From: an uncultured Methanosarcinales archaeon
GTDB lineage: Archaea > Nanobdellota > Nanobdellia > Woesearchaeales > JACPBV01
NCBI GenBank assembly: GCA_964577685.1
Contig: CAZNZT010000009.1
Coordinates: 1-62,795 of the forward strand
Direction of reading: 5' to 3'
DNA: 62,795 bases
In this document: piece after piece, positions 49,250-59,700 of the stretch
Layout of the letters: every line of letters starts with the position of its first letter
Position numbering within the stretch: position 1 is the stretch's first letter
Program-made: the position numbers and the translations under genes
The notes under the pieces: model-generated
What the model was told of the DNA's origin: nothing
The model's database searches: none
The model's input: only the letters and a program-made list of their open reading frames with translations

Positions 49250-51016
49250 ATGGAAAAACCAAAAGCGGATTATTTGTTTGAAATAAGTTGGGAAGTCTGC
49301 AATAAGGTTGGCGGGATATACACAGTAATAGAATCCAAGGCAGCAACTATGTATGTGCTGTATGGAGATAAATATTTCTTGATTGGGCCTTATTTTAAAG
49401 ATGAGGCATTAGTGAGGTTTAGCGAAGAGAAATGTCCACCTGAGATAGAGAGGATTTTTGCTAAACTTAAGAATGAAGGTGCGAGATGTCATTATGGTAA
49501 GTGGAGGATAGATGATGTTGAAATTAATACAATTTTAGTGGACTTCTCTAATCTTCTGGTAAAAATAAGAGACATAAAAAAACAACTTTTCCAAAATAAG
49601 AGATTTGTCAATAAAGAGCTTGATAGCTACATTGTTTGGGGTTATATTGTTGGGAGATTCTTAGAAGAAGCAAAGAATATTTTAGATGGAAAATTAGTAG
49701 CTCATTTTCATGAGTATCTTTGTGGAGCAAGTATAATTTACTTAAAAAGAAAAAATGTAAGTATTCCTGTTGTTTTTACAACTCATGCTACTTATTTAGG
49801 TAGGATAATAGCATCATCTGGGTTAGAGTTATACAATCTAATCAAGAAGATTAAACCAGAGAGGGAAGCATGTAGATATAAGATTGAGGATAGGTATATT
49901 CTAGAGAGGGAATCAGCACTTAGCTCTACTGTTTTTACTACTGTGTCTGAGATTACTGATTTAGAGGCAAGATATATCCTTGGTAGAAAAGCAGACCTAA
50001 TATTGCCAAATGGGTTGAATATTGCTAGATTTCCGAGTCTTGAGGTAAGAGCAATAAATCATGCTCAGTCAAAGAAAAAATTATTGGAGTTTGTAAAAAT
50101 TTTCTTTTTTCCATATTATAAATTTGATACAAATAATTCTTTACTCTATTTTATTTCAGGTAGATACGAGTTTAGAAATAAGGGTATTGATGTTTTTATA
50201 AAAGCTCTAGGGAAACTGAACAACATGTTGAAGAAAGAGAGGGATGGTAAGACAATAATTGTTTTTCTTTGGATACCTGCGAAGGTTAATGGAATAAACA
50301 TAAATCTTTTACAGAATAAAATAAATTATGATAGTATCAAGGCTTTTGTTTTTGATTCATTGTCTGAGTTAAGAGATAAGATTATAGAATCTATTCTTAA
50401 CCAAAAGTTACCTACTATAAGGAAACTTTTTGGAAGTGATTTTCAGTATGAAATGAAAAAGAGGATGATAAAATTTAAGAGAAGAGGGAAACCTATAATG
50501 GCAACCCATGATGTAGTGGATGGAAACGATAAGATACTGAAGGCATTAAGGAAGGAGGGTCTGAATAATTCAACACATGATAAGGTTAAGGTTATATATT
50601 ATCCTGTATACTTGAGTGGAACTGATGGTTTAATAAATATGGGTTACTATCAAGCAGCGATAGGTTGCCAGTTGGGTGTATTTCCGTCTATTTATGAGCC
50701 ATGGGGGTACACACCATTAGAAACAACAGCTCTAGGTGTTCCCTCAATTACTACTGATTTGTCTGGCTTTGGGCTTTATATTCAAAAGAGATTCAAGAGG
50801 CATAGAGGATTATATATTTTAAAGAGGAATGGGGTAGCTGATAGTGAGGCAGTTAATAGTTTGGCAGAGTATCTTTTTGAGTATTCTAGATTAAGTAGAG
50901 AGGAAAGAATAAAAAGGAAATTAGAAGCTAAGAGGATAGCAGACTTAGCAGATTGGAGGTTTCTTGTTTCTAATTATGTTAGAGCACATAATCTTGCATT
51001 AGCTCTATTGAAATAA
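49250..51016 (+). CDS. GT3 family glycogen synthase
   Basis: FEISWEVCNKVGGIYTV, HFHE, FTTHAT, FTTVSEIT, SGRYEFRNKG, FPS.YEPWGYTPLE. Confidence 0.9.
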   Translation: MEKPKADYLFEISWEVCNKVGGIYTVIESKAATMYVLYGDKYFLIGPYFKDEALVRFSEEKCPPEIERIFAKLKNEGARCHYGKWRIDDVEINTILVDFSNLLVKIRDIKKQLFQNKRFVNKELDSYIVWGYIVGRFLEEAKNILDGKLVAHFHEYLCGASIIYLKRKNVSIPVVFTTHATYLGRIIASSGLELYNLIKKIKPEREACRYKIEDRYILERESALSSTVFTTVSEITDLEARYILGRKADLILPNGLNIARFPSLEVRAINHAQSKKKLLEFVKIFFFPYYKFDTNNSLLYFISGRYEFRNKGIDVFIKALGKLNNMLKKERDGKTIIVFLWIPAKVNGININLLQNKINYDSIKAFVFDSLSELRDKIIESILNQKLPTIRKLFGSDFQYEMKKRMIKFKRRGKPIMATHDVVDGNDKILKALRKEGLNNSTHDKVKVIYYPVYLSGTDGLINMGYYQAAIGCQLGVFPSIYEPWGYTPLETTALGVPSITTDLSGFGLYIQKRFKRHRGLYILKRNGVADSEAVNSLAEYLFEYSRLSREERIKRKLEAKRIADLADWRFLVSNYVRAHNLALALLK

Positions 51017-51031
51017 TATTGACTATAATAA

Positions 51032-52240
51032 ATGTTAATAAGAAACTATAGGAAGTTAATTGGAAAGAATGATTTGAGAAAGAAAGCACTAAAATTAATT
51101 GATTCTGGTTTGAGTTCCGTTTTGTCCGAAAATGTTATGAATAAAAAAATATCTTTTGACAAAGCTAAGGAAACTTTGTTCATAGCCGATTATAGGGGTA
51201 GGGGTTATAAGATTGAGTTAAAAAAATATGGAAAAATAGTGCTTATTGGGTTTGGTAAGGCTTCTTTATCTATGGCAAAGAGATTAGAGGTGCTTATTGG
51301 TAATAGGATAAACTCCGGAGTAATAATTTCTGTAATTAAAGGGGTACCTAGTAATAAGAGGGTGAAGGTGATAAGAGGAACACATCCTTTACCATCTTTG
51401 CAGAATCTTAGAGCTACAAAAGAAATTATTAACTTGATAAAGAAGCTAAGTAAAAATGATTTGGTGATTTCTTTGGTTTCTGGTGGTGGCTCTTCTCTAC
51501 TTTTTTATCCTACTGTTAGTATTAAGAAGTACATAGAAATTGTAGAGCGTGCTTATAAATCTGGGATTAGTATAAGAGAGCTTAATAAAATTAGAATTGG
51601 TTTGTCTAGGGTGAAAGGAGGAAAGTTAGCTAGGTTTACTAAGGCAAAAATTGTTTCTTTGATATTTTCAGATGTTGTTGGAGATGATTTGTCTATTATT
51701 GCATCTGGTCCTACTGTGGGGAGGGGACTTAGTAATGTAGAAAATATTCTTATATTAAACAGCAAGATAGCTTTAGATGTTATGAAAGATATGGCTCTTT
51801 CTTTTGGCCTTAAGCCGGTTTTTTGTTTGGATAGGGTAAAGGGGGAAGCAAGAAATGTTGGGAAAATGCTATTGAATTTCTTTATTAAGAAAAGAGCAAA
51901 ATGTTTGCTTTTTGCTGGAGAAACCACAGTCAGGGTTTTAGGTAATGGAAAAGGGGGACGCAATCAGGAGCTTTGTTTGGGAGTTATTAATGAAATATCA
52001 AAATTAGAATCTACTGTATTGGTCTCAATTGGAACAGATGGGAGAGATGGACCTACAGATGCAGCTGGAGCTGTTGTTGATAATTACTCTTTATCTAAGG
52101 CAGAGAAATTAGGTTTAGATTATAAGAGTTATCTTATGAATAATGATTCTTATTCTTTCTTTAATAAAATGGGGGACCTTGTAATAACAGGACAGACAGG
52201 AACAAATGTAGCGGATATAGGAGTTATTATCAGAAGTTAG
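51032..52240 (+). CDS. Glycerate kinase, class II (MOFRL/TtuD family)
   Basis: GFGKAS, HPLP, SGGGSSL, SDVVGD..IASGPT, GETTV, GGRNQE, GTDGRDGPT, TGTNVAD. Confidence 0.9.
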   Translation: MLIRNYRKLIGKNDLRKKALKLIDSGLSSVLSENVMNKKISFDKAKETLFIADYRGRGYKIELKKYGKIVLIGFGKASLSMAKRLEVLIGNRINSGVIISVIKGVPSNKRVKVIRGTHPLPSLQNLRATKEIINLIKKLSKNDLVISLVSGGGSSLLFYPTVSIKKYIEIVERAYKSGISIRELNKIRIGLSRVKGGKLARFTKAKIVSLIFSDVVGDDLSIIASGPTVGRGLSNVENILILNSKIALDVMKDMALSFGLKPVFCLDRVKGEARNVGKMLLNFFIKKRAKCLLFAGETTVRVLGNGKGGRNQELCLGVINEISKLESTVLVSIGTDGRDGPTDAAGAVVDNYSLSKAEKLGLDYKSYLMNNDSYSFFNKMGDLVITGQTGTNVADIGVIIRS

Positions 52241-52256
52241 TTATTATTGATATTCT

Positions 52257-53306
52257 TTATAAATATTTTTTAAATCTTTTATTTTTTTTCATTTCTTCTA
52301 CAAGTTCTTTTACTTTTTGTGCTCTATTTTTTGGAATAACCATAACAGAGTCTTTTGTGCTTACTATAATAAGGTCTTTTATATCATATGTAGCAACAAG
52401 GTTGTCTCCCCAGATTATACAATTTTTTGTATTAAGACCAAAGTGTTTTCCAATTACCACATTCCAATCTTTGTCTTTCTGGTGTATTCTTTCCATTGCT
52501 CTCCAATCACCAATATCATCCCACTTCATATTTGCCTCTATTACTATTGTGTTTTTTGCTTTTTCCATTACACCATAGTCTATTGATACTTTTTTGAGAT
52601 TTTTGAATTCTTTTTTGGCTATTTTCTTATTAAAATTGTTTTTTTTTATTTTTCTTAATGCAAGATATAGCTCTGGCATGTGCTTCTTTATAGCTTCTAA
52701 CATAACTGAGCATTTAGAAACAAACATTCCTGAGTTCCATAGATATTCTCCAGATTTGAAAAAGACTTTTGCTGTTTTTATATCTGGTTTTTCTTTGAAC
52801 CTTCTAATCTTATAGGCCTTAATTTTATTTACTTTTACTGGTTTTCCTTTTTGTATATAGCCAAAGCCAGTATGGGGTTCTGTTGGTTTGATTCCTATTA
52901 GAACAATGTAATTCTCATTTGCTAAGTCAATAGCAAATTTAACATGTTTCAGATATTCATTTTTACTTTTGTAGGTATGGTCTGTTGTCTCAATAAACAT
53001 TATTGCATCTCCTTGTTTTTTTGTAATATATGAGGCACTAAGACCTATAGCTGCTGCTGTGTCCTTGGCTATTGGCTCTATTACATAGTTGACATTTGGT
53101 AATGTTTTTCTTATGTGTTTTGCTAGCTTTTCGTTTGTTGAAATGTATATGTCTTTTTTACTAAATAAGGGTTTTAACCTCTCTATCGTTTCTTCCACCA
53201 TACTTCTATTAGAAATAATTTTTAGGCATTGTTTTGGGTTTGTTTCCCTTGATTTTGGCCAAAACCTTTCTCCTTTGCCACCAGCCATAATTACAGCGAC
53301 TATCAT
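52257..53306 (-). CDS. manC: Mannose-1-phosphate guanylyltransferase
   Basis: MAGGKGERFWPKSR..PKQ, EP..KDTA, GFGYI, FKEKP, WNSGMF, SIDYGVME, WDDIG. Confidence 0.88.
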   Translation of the reverse strand: MIVAVIMAGGKGERFWPKSRETNPKQCLKIISNRSMVEETIERLKPLFSKKDIYISTNEKLAKHIRKTLPNVNYVIEPIAKDTAAAIGLSASYITKKQGDAIMFIETTDHTYKSKNEYLKHVKFAIDLANENYIVLIGIKPTEPHTGFGYIQKGKPVKVNKIKAYKIRRFKEKPDIKTAKVFFKSGEYLWNSGMFVSKCSVMLEAIKKHMPELYLALRKIKKNNFNKKIAKKEFKNLKKVSIDYGVMEKAKNTIVIEANMKWDDIGDWRAMERIHQKDKDWNVVIGKHFGLNTKNCIIWGDNLVATYDIKDLIIVSTKDSVMVIPKNRAQKVKELVEEMKKNKRFKKYL

Positions 53307-53350
53307 GTTCTTACCTCTTTTGCTGTATTATTTAAATTTTACTTAATTTT

Positions 53351-54517
53351 TTATCTTCTTAATCTATCTAACAAATAGCCTCTTTTCTTAAAAAATTCCT
53401 TTGCTTGTTTTTTTATTAGGGGTTCTGTTTTGTTTGTTTCTATATTCTGTGTTTCTTCTATGAATGTATATACCCTACCGAACCATATTGGGACAAGGGA
53501 TTTTATTATAAGACTTCTTATTCTTTTGTTCTTTTTGAATGCTATTATATAGTCGTAGATTATCTTTGCCCACCATTTATTTTCAATTTCTATATCTTTT
53601 TTTACCATGTTAATTAACTTGTTGTAATCTTTTTTTTCTAGACACTTTTTTATAACCCCTTTATTTTTTATAACCCCTTCTTTAAATCTCATTTCTGTTG
53701 CTTCTTTATCTACTGAAAATTTTTGTACTTTCTTTGTTTTTTTTCTTCCTATGATTTTTGTTTCTTTTACCTTTTTTAGCTCCCTTAATTTTTCATAGTT
53801 GTTGGTGATGATGGTGAACAGAGTGTCTGTAACCTGTCTAAACATCGGACTTAGTGTTTTTGCTGGGTCTTTTACATTATGAATCTTACTTCCAAGTAAA
53901 AGTTGGCATATCTTTAGCTTTCCAAGTATAGCATTAGCGCTCATAAATATATCTATGCCAAAAAAATTTACATTCTTTGACCATTTGCATTTTAGCCAAT
54001 GGTCTACAGCATTTCTAGAAAAAGCAAAATCCCCTCCAATTGGCTGTCTTATATCTTTACAGAATACTCCATATATTAAGGGATAGCATATATGTTTTGT
54101 TATTGAGCCATCATATTTGTATCTATTGTATATTGGTGTAGCATAATCATACTTGTATTTTTCTATTGCATCAATTTGCAGTTTTACCCAGCTTGGATTT
54201 ATGCTTCTTAAATCCGAGTCATTAATGATGTTATACTTTGCTTCTAGTATCTTACTTTCTTTGAAGAATAATTTAAGGACAGTCCCCTTTCCTGTAGTTC
54301 CTGGAGGTGAAATTAAGACTCTTTTTTTTGTTATTGTGTTTGTTTCAAGAAATTTTTTTGTTGTATCATCCGTACTGCCACCGTCCATGTTTATTATCAA
54401 GCATCTCTTTTTTTTGTGGTATCTTTGTAAGCCAGCATCAATTTGTCTTGTAACAAATGATATTGTTTTTTCATTGTTGAAAGAAGGTATGCCTGCTATT
54501 ATATCAAATTTTCCCAT
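53351..54517 (-). CDS. GT-A glycosyltransferase, glucosyl/mannosyl-glycerate synthase-like
   Basis: GIPSFNNE, DGGSTD, GKG, DSDLRS, PIYNRYKYDGSIT, RQPIGGDF, FGIDI, HNVKDP. Confidence 0.7.
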   Translation of the reverse strand: MGKFDIIAGIPSFNNEKTISFVTRQIDAGLQRYHKKKRCLIINMDGGSTDDTTKKFLETNTITKKRVLISPPGTTGKGTVLKLFFKESKILEAKYNIINDSDLRSINPSWVKLQIDAIEKYKYDYATPIYNRYKYDGSITKHICYPLIYGVFCKDIRQPIGGDFAFSRNAVDHWLKCKWSKNVNFFGIDIFMSANAILGKLKICQLLLGSKIHNVKDPAKTLSPMFRQVTDTLFTIITNNYEKLRELKKVKETKIIGRKKTKKVQKFSVDKEATEMRFKEGVIKNKGVIKKCLEKKDYNKLINMVKKDIEIENKWWAKIIYDYIIAFKKNKRIRSLIIKSLVPIWFGRVYTFIEETQNIETNKTEPLIKKQAKEFFKKRGYLLDRLRR

Positions 54518-54532
54518 CTTAATTCTTGTGTT

Positions 54533-55897
54533 TTATAATTTTGTATTGCATGTTTTTATAGCATTCATAAGTCTGTGGGCTATTTTTATTTGTGAATAAT
54601 TTTTAATAACTTGTTCTTTGTTTTTTTTAATAATCTTGTTGTTGTAGAAAACTCTTTTAATTTTCATTAGTGTTTTTTTATTGTTTTCTATTACTCTATT
54701 TTTGAATTTTTCATCTTTGAGTTTTAAGGATAGCCTTAGTTTTTCTTTTAGATTATTGATATCTTTGAAGTCTTTTTTTCCTATTAGTAGTTTTTTATAC
54801 AGATGTTGTAGGTTAATATTGTTTTTTTTGAAGTCTATTGTTATTTTTGGTATATCTCTTCCAATAAGGCTTTTTCCAAAGTACCATGATTCAATAAATA
54901 GCAAACCAAAGCCTTCCAATGTGCTAGTTGTTATGACAGCATCACAAATGTTATAGGCGTCTCCTATAGAGTAGGATATGATTTTGTTCTTTTTGGTGAG
55001 TCTCTTTTCAGGCAAGTTCAATCCTATGATTACAGGCAATTTGTGTTTTTTAACAAAATTTATTATCTTGTGGGCATAATTACCACTTTCTAGCTTTTTT
55101 TCTGTCAAGGTTACAATAAGATAAAAATTTTTTTTCATATACCTCCTTAATAGCAGCGTAAGAAATATGGCTTCTTCTATGTTTTTTCTTGGGACTGTTC
55201 TTACAGGGTATAATAGAAACCTTGCATCTTCTTCAAGATTTTTGTTTTTTATTATTTCTCTTTTTAGGTTTTCGCTAAGCTTTTTGTTTTTTTGCAGTAA
55301 ATCCTCGTTGATGAGATCTGGCATTAGGAATACTCTTTTTATGCCCTCTTTTTTCAGTTTTGAAGAATCATGGCTGTTTAGTACCATATATGTGGGATTT
55401 TCTCCTGAAGGGAATAAGATGTTATGCCAGTAAGGTTTTCCTTTTTTTCCATCAAACTTTTTTAAGTTTTCTAGACATTCTTGCCTTTGGTATGGGAAAT
55501 CATGGATTCTGTAGAAGAGTTTTTTTATGCTCTTGTCTTTTGATAGTCTATAGAAGGCATATGTTGCTGGAGGATGTAAGCCTATTATTGGGTTTTCTAT
55601 TATCGTGCAATCAAAATTTTTTAGTATTTTTTTTAGTTTTTCATATATCTTTATTCCTTCATTTATATATTGTAAGGCATTGTTTTTTTTGAATTTGGCT
55701 AGCTTTTTTTTGGTTATGCCTAATTCGGCTATGTTAATGTAATTGATACCTTTAAGCAATAAAAATTTTTTTTTGAGATTACCTATGAGTGTAATTTTTA
55801 TATTTTTGAATGCTTTTTTTAACCCCGTTATGTTTCCTCTGATTACAGAAATAACTCCACAATAATCTAGGTTGTAGTGAATGAAGGCTATTTTCAT
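54533..55897 (-). CDS. GT4 (GT-B) glycosyltransferase, possibly MggS-like
   Basis: HY...GV, HDF, YPVRTVPRKNIEEAI, TTSTLEGFGLLFIE. Confidence 0.7.
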   Translation of the reverse strand: MKIAFIHYNLDYCGVISVIRGNITGLKKAFKNIKITLIGNLKKKFLLLKGINYINIAELGITKKKLAKFKKNNALQYINEGIKIYEKLKKILKNFDCTIIENPIIGLHPPATYAFYRLSKDKSIKKLFYRIHDFPYQRQECLENLKKFDGKKGKPYWHNILFPSGENPTYMVLNSHDSSKLKKEGIKRVFLMPDLINEDLLQKNKKLSENLKREIIKNKNLEEDARFLLYPVRTVPRKNIEEAIFLTLLLRRYMKKNFYLIVTLTEKKLESGNYAHKIINFVKKHKLPVIIGLNLPEKRLTKKNKIISYSIGDAYNICDAVITTSTLEGFGLLFIESWYFGKSLIGRDIPKITIDFKKNNINLQHLYKKLLIGKKDFKDINNLKEKLRLSLKLKDEKFKNRVIENNKKTLMKIKRVFYNNKIIKKNKEQVIKNYSQIKIAHRLMNAIKTCNTKL

Positions 55898-55935
55898 TGT
55901 TTATTTTATTTTTTGTTGTGATATAAAAATCTTTT

Positions 55936-56691
55936 TTATTTTGCTATTTTCCACATTTTATTGAAATATATCTTATACGCTTTTGCTATTTCATCATTGT
56001 CGATTAGGATTGTTAGCGGTTTATCAATATAATTAAAGAATCCAACAAAGTTTTTGAATATTATGACTGATGTGGGAGATAAGTATTCTGCTCTTATGAA
56101 TCTAATATCTAGATTTACGAAGTGTTTTATCAGCTTCATGATGGGCCTTCTAAAAATCATCTTGGACGCAATCATTTTCCCTTTTATGTTTATTCTTGCA
56201 CTTTTTTTACTTATATCTAGGATATGGTATTCTAATATTTTAAATATCTTCTTTACAGAACCAACAATATATACTTCGTCATTTGGTTTTGCTATGCTTA
56301 TTAGTCTATAATATAAGGCTCTTAGACCATCAATTCCTTCAAAAACTTCTATGTTTTGTTTTTCTTTTATCTCTGGTTTGGTTAAGATTAATCTTTCAAT
56401 AAATCTTCTCAGTTGTTTTTCTTTTTTCTTGAATTCTTTCTCCAGTTTTTTTAAATATTCTTCTAGCTTATACGGGTTTGTAATGTAGAAATACTTAACC
56501 CTATTTTTTGTTGTGCTAGACACAAGTCCTTTCTTTATTAGTTTGTAGAGTATGTCATATATGTTGCTCCTATGTTTTTTTGTTCTCTGGGCAAGGTCTT
56601 TTGCTTTGGCTTCTCCTAAGTTAAATAGTTCAATAAAAATTTCAATTTCTGAGTCTGTTAGTCCTATTTCTTTTAATAGTGATATATTCAT
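55936..56691 (-). CDS. TrmB family transcriptional regulator
   Basis: LKEIGLTDSE HTH, HRSNIYDIL..L.KKGLV, FEGIDG, YFNKMW end. Confidence 0.88.
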   Translation of the reverse strand: MNISLLKEIGLTDSEIEIFIELFNLGEAKAKDLAQRTKKHRSNIYDILYKLIKKGLVSSTTKNRVKYFYITNPYKLEEYLKKLEKEFKKKEKQLRRFIERLILTKPEIKEKQNIEVFEGIDGLRALYYRLISIAKPNDEVYIVGSVKKIFKILEYHILDISKKSARINIKGKMIASKMIFRRPIMKLIKHFVNLDIRFIRAEYLSPTSVIIFKNFVGFFNYIDKPLTILIDNDEIAKAYKIYFNKMWKIAK

Positions 56692-56747
56692 GTTGTATGT
56701 TTATTATACAACTAATATTTAAATTTTTTTTAGTTTTACTTTGTTCT

Positions 56748-59700
56748 ATGAAGTATTACCTTGGTATAGATATAGGTTCTGTTAGTGTAGATACTGCTAT
56801 ACTTGACGAGAATAAGAATGTTATTGATACAAGGTATCTGAGGACAAAAGGGCAGCCAGTTCAAACAACATTATTTATACTCAAAGTTCTTTATGATTCC
56901 TATCCGAATATCTCTAAAATAGCTGTTACTGGTACTGGTGGGAAACTAATAAGTAGATTGACTAATGCCTTATTTGTGAACGAAGTACAAGCCCAAGCAA
57001 GGGGGACTAGATTGTTAAATAAAAATATAAAAACGATTATTGAGGTTGGTGGAGAGGATTCTAAACTTATACAGTTAAATGATGATGGGACTATAGCTGA
57101 TTTTTCTATGAATACTATATGTGCTGCTGGTACAGGTTCTTTCTTAGACCAACAAGCTTCAAGATTGAATGTTAGAATTGAGGATGAGTTTGGAGAGTTG
57201 GCTATGAAGTCTAAGAATCCGCCAAGAATCGCTGGAAGGTGCTCTGTTTTTGCGAAGTCTGATATGATACATTTGCAGCAGGAGGGAGTTCCGGACTATG
57301 ACATTATCGCAGGTTTGTGTTATGCTTTGGCGAGAAGTTTTGTGTCAAATATTGTAAAAGGACGTGTTTTGGAGAAACCAATAGCTTTTAATGGTGGTGT
57401 TGCAGCAAACAAAGGGATGATTAGGGCTTTTAAGGATATACTAAATTTGAAGGATGATGAGTTTATTGTTTTGAAGCATCATGCATGTATAGGGGCTATA
57501 GGGGCCGCCTTGGAGTCTATAAACAAAAAAATTTCAATAAAAAATCCCATCGCTGATATTGAAGAGTATTTGGCTACCCACAAGAGGGCTAATGGTTCGT
57601 TAGAGCCATTAATGATGAGTGAGGTTTTAGATTTAGAAGTCAGGTGCAAAGCTCCGAAATTTAAAGATGGGGAGAAGGTTGATGCATATCTGGGTATAGA
57701 TGTTGGTTCTCTAAGTACGAATGTTGTTGTTATTGATAAAAATAAAAGGCTTTTGAGCAGAGTCTATCTAAGAACAGCAGGAAGACCGATTGAGGCTGTT
57801 AAGAAAGGGATTAAAAGGGTTTATGAAGAAATAGGTAAACATGTTGTTATCAAGGGGGTTTGTACAACTGGTTCTGGAAGATATCTTACTGGAAAATTAG
57901 TGGGGGCAGACATAGTTAAGAACGAGATAACAGCACAGGCAAGGGGAACTTTAAGTGTAGACCCCAAGGTTGATACTATCTTTGAGATTGGTGGGCAGGA
58001 TTCAAAGTTTATTAGCCTGAAGGATGGCATTGTTGTTGATTTTGCTATGAATAAGGTGTGTGCGGCAGGAACGGGTTCTTTTTTGGAGGAGCAAGCAGAG
58101 AAGCTGGATGTAAATATTGTAAATGAGTTTGGTGATAAGGCACTTAAATCAAGATGTCCTACTGCCTTAGGTGAGAGATGTACTGTTTTTATGGAGTCTG
58201 ATCTTAATGCTCATAAGCAGAGCGGAGCTGATAAAAACGATCTAATAGCTGGTTTGTGCTATTCTATCGCGCTTAACTATATAAATCGGGTTGTTGCAGG
58301 AAAGAAGATAGGTGATAATATATACTTTCAGGGCGCTGTTGCTTTTAATAAGGGTGTTGTGGCTGCTTTTAGAAAACTTACCGGAAAGGATGTTAAGGTC
58401 ACTCCTAATAATGATGTGACTGGTGCGATAGGGGCTGCTATTATTGCTCTTGAGAACCAAAAAGAAAAAAGCAATTTTAGGGGATTCAAAGAGATTATTG
58501 ACTTAAATTACGAACAGAAGACATTTGAGTGTAAGGGTTGTCCTAATAGGTGTGAAATAAAATCTGTAAAGTTTGGTGATGAAAAACCTGTTTTTTATGG
58601 GTCAAGATGCGAGAAATACGATGTTGATAGAAAGGATAAACTGACTAAATTGCCTGATCTTTTTAAGGAAAGAATGGATATGCTTTTGAGACCTTACAAA
58701 GAGAATGTTTCTAGGGATTTACCTAGTATTGGTATTCCATTAGCAACAAATATGTTTGAGTTTTATCCCTTTTGGAATGCCTTCTTTACAGAACTTGGTT
58801 TTAGTGTTGTCCATTCTACATTAACTAATAAAGAAATAATAAATGAGGGATTAAGCAATAGTGCTGCAGAAACATGTTTTCCTATAAAAGTTGCCCATGG
58901 TCATGTGTTGGATTTGGTTAAAAGAGGGGTTGATTATATTTTTACTCCAGTTATGATTAATTCGGAGCATAGCGAAAGACAGATTAACAGCTATTTCTGT
59001 CCTTTTACACAGACATTTCCTTATATGATTAATTCTGCTATTGAAGAAAAATTGAATGGGAAAAAGTTATTGCAACCAGTGATTCATTTTCAGTATGGTA
59101 AGAGTGTTCTTGAAAAAGACTTAATTAAATTTGGATTAGAATTAGGTAAAAAGCCAAAGGAAATTAAGAGGGCTTTGGAATCAGCAATAAGATTCCAGGA
59201 TAGGTTCTATAAAGATATGAGGAAAAGAGGTAAAGAGATTTTGGAACAATTGGGTAATAACAAAAGGGCTCTTGTGATTGTTTCGAGACCGTATAATGGT
59301 TGTGACCCTGGACTTAATCTTGACCTTCCTAAGAAGTTGAGAAATATGGGTGTATTGCCAATACCCATGGATTTTTTGCCTATTGATATTGATAGGATAT
59401 CTGAAGATTTTAGTGAAATGTATTGGAAGTATGGGCAAAAGATATTAGCCATAGCTGATTTCATAAAAGAAAAGGATAATCTGTTTGCTATTTATGTTAC
59501 AAACTTTGGTTGTGGGCCTGATTCATTTATATTGCAATTTTTTGAGAGAAAAATAGGGCACAAACCCCATCTTGTTTTAGAAGTAGACGAGCATTCTGCG
59601 GATGCAGGAATAATAACAAGGTGTGAAGCATTTTTGGATTCAATAGACAGTCTTAGTGAGGTTAATATAAAGGAAATCAGGGTAAGCAAGGTGTTACCCT

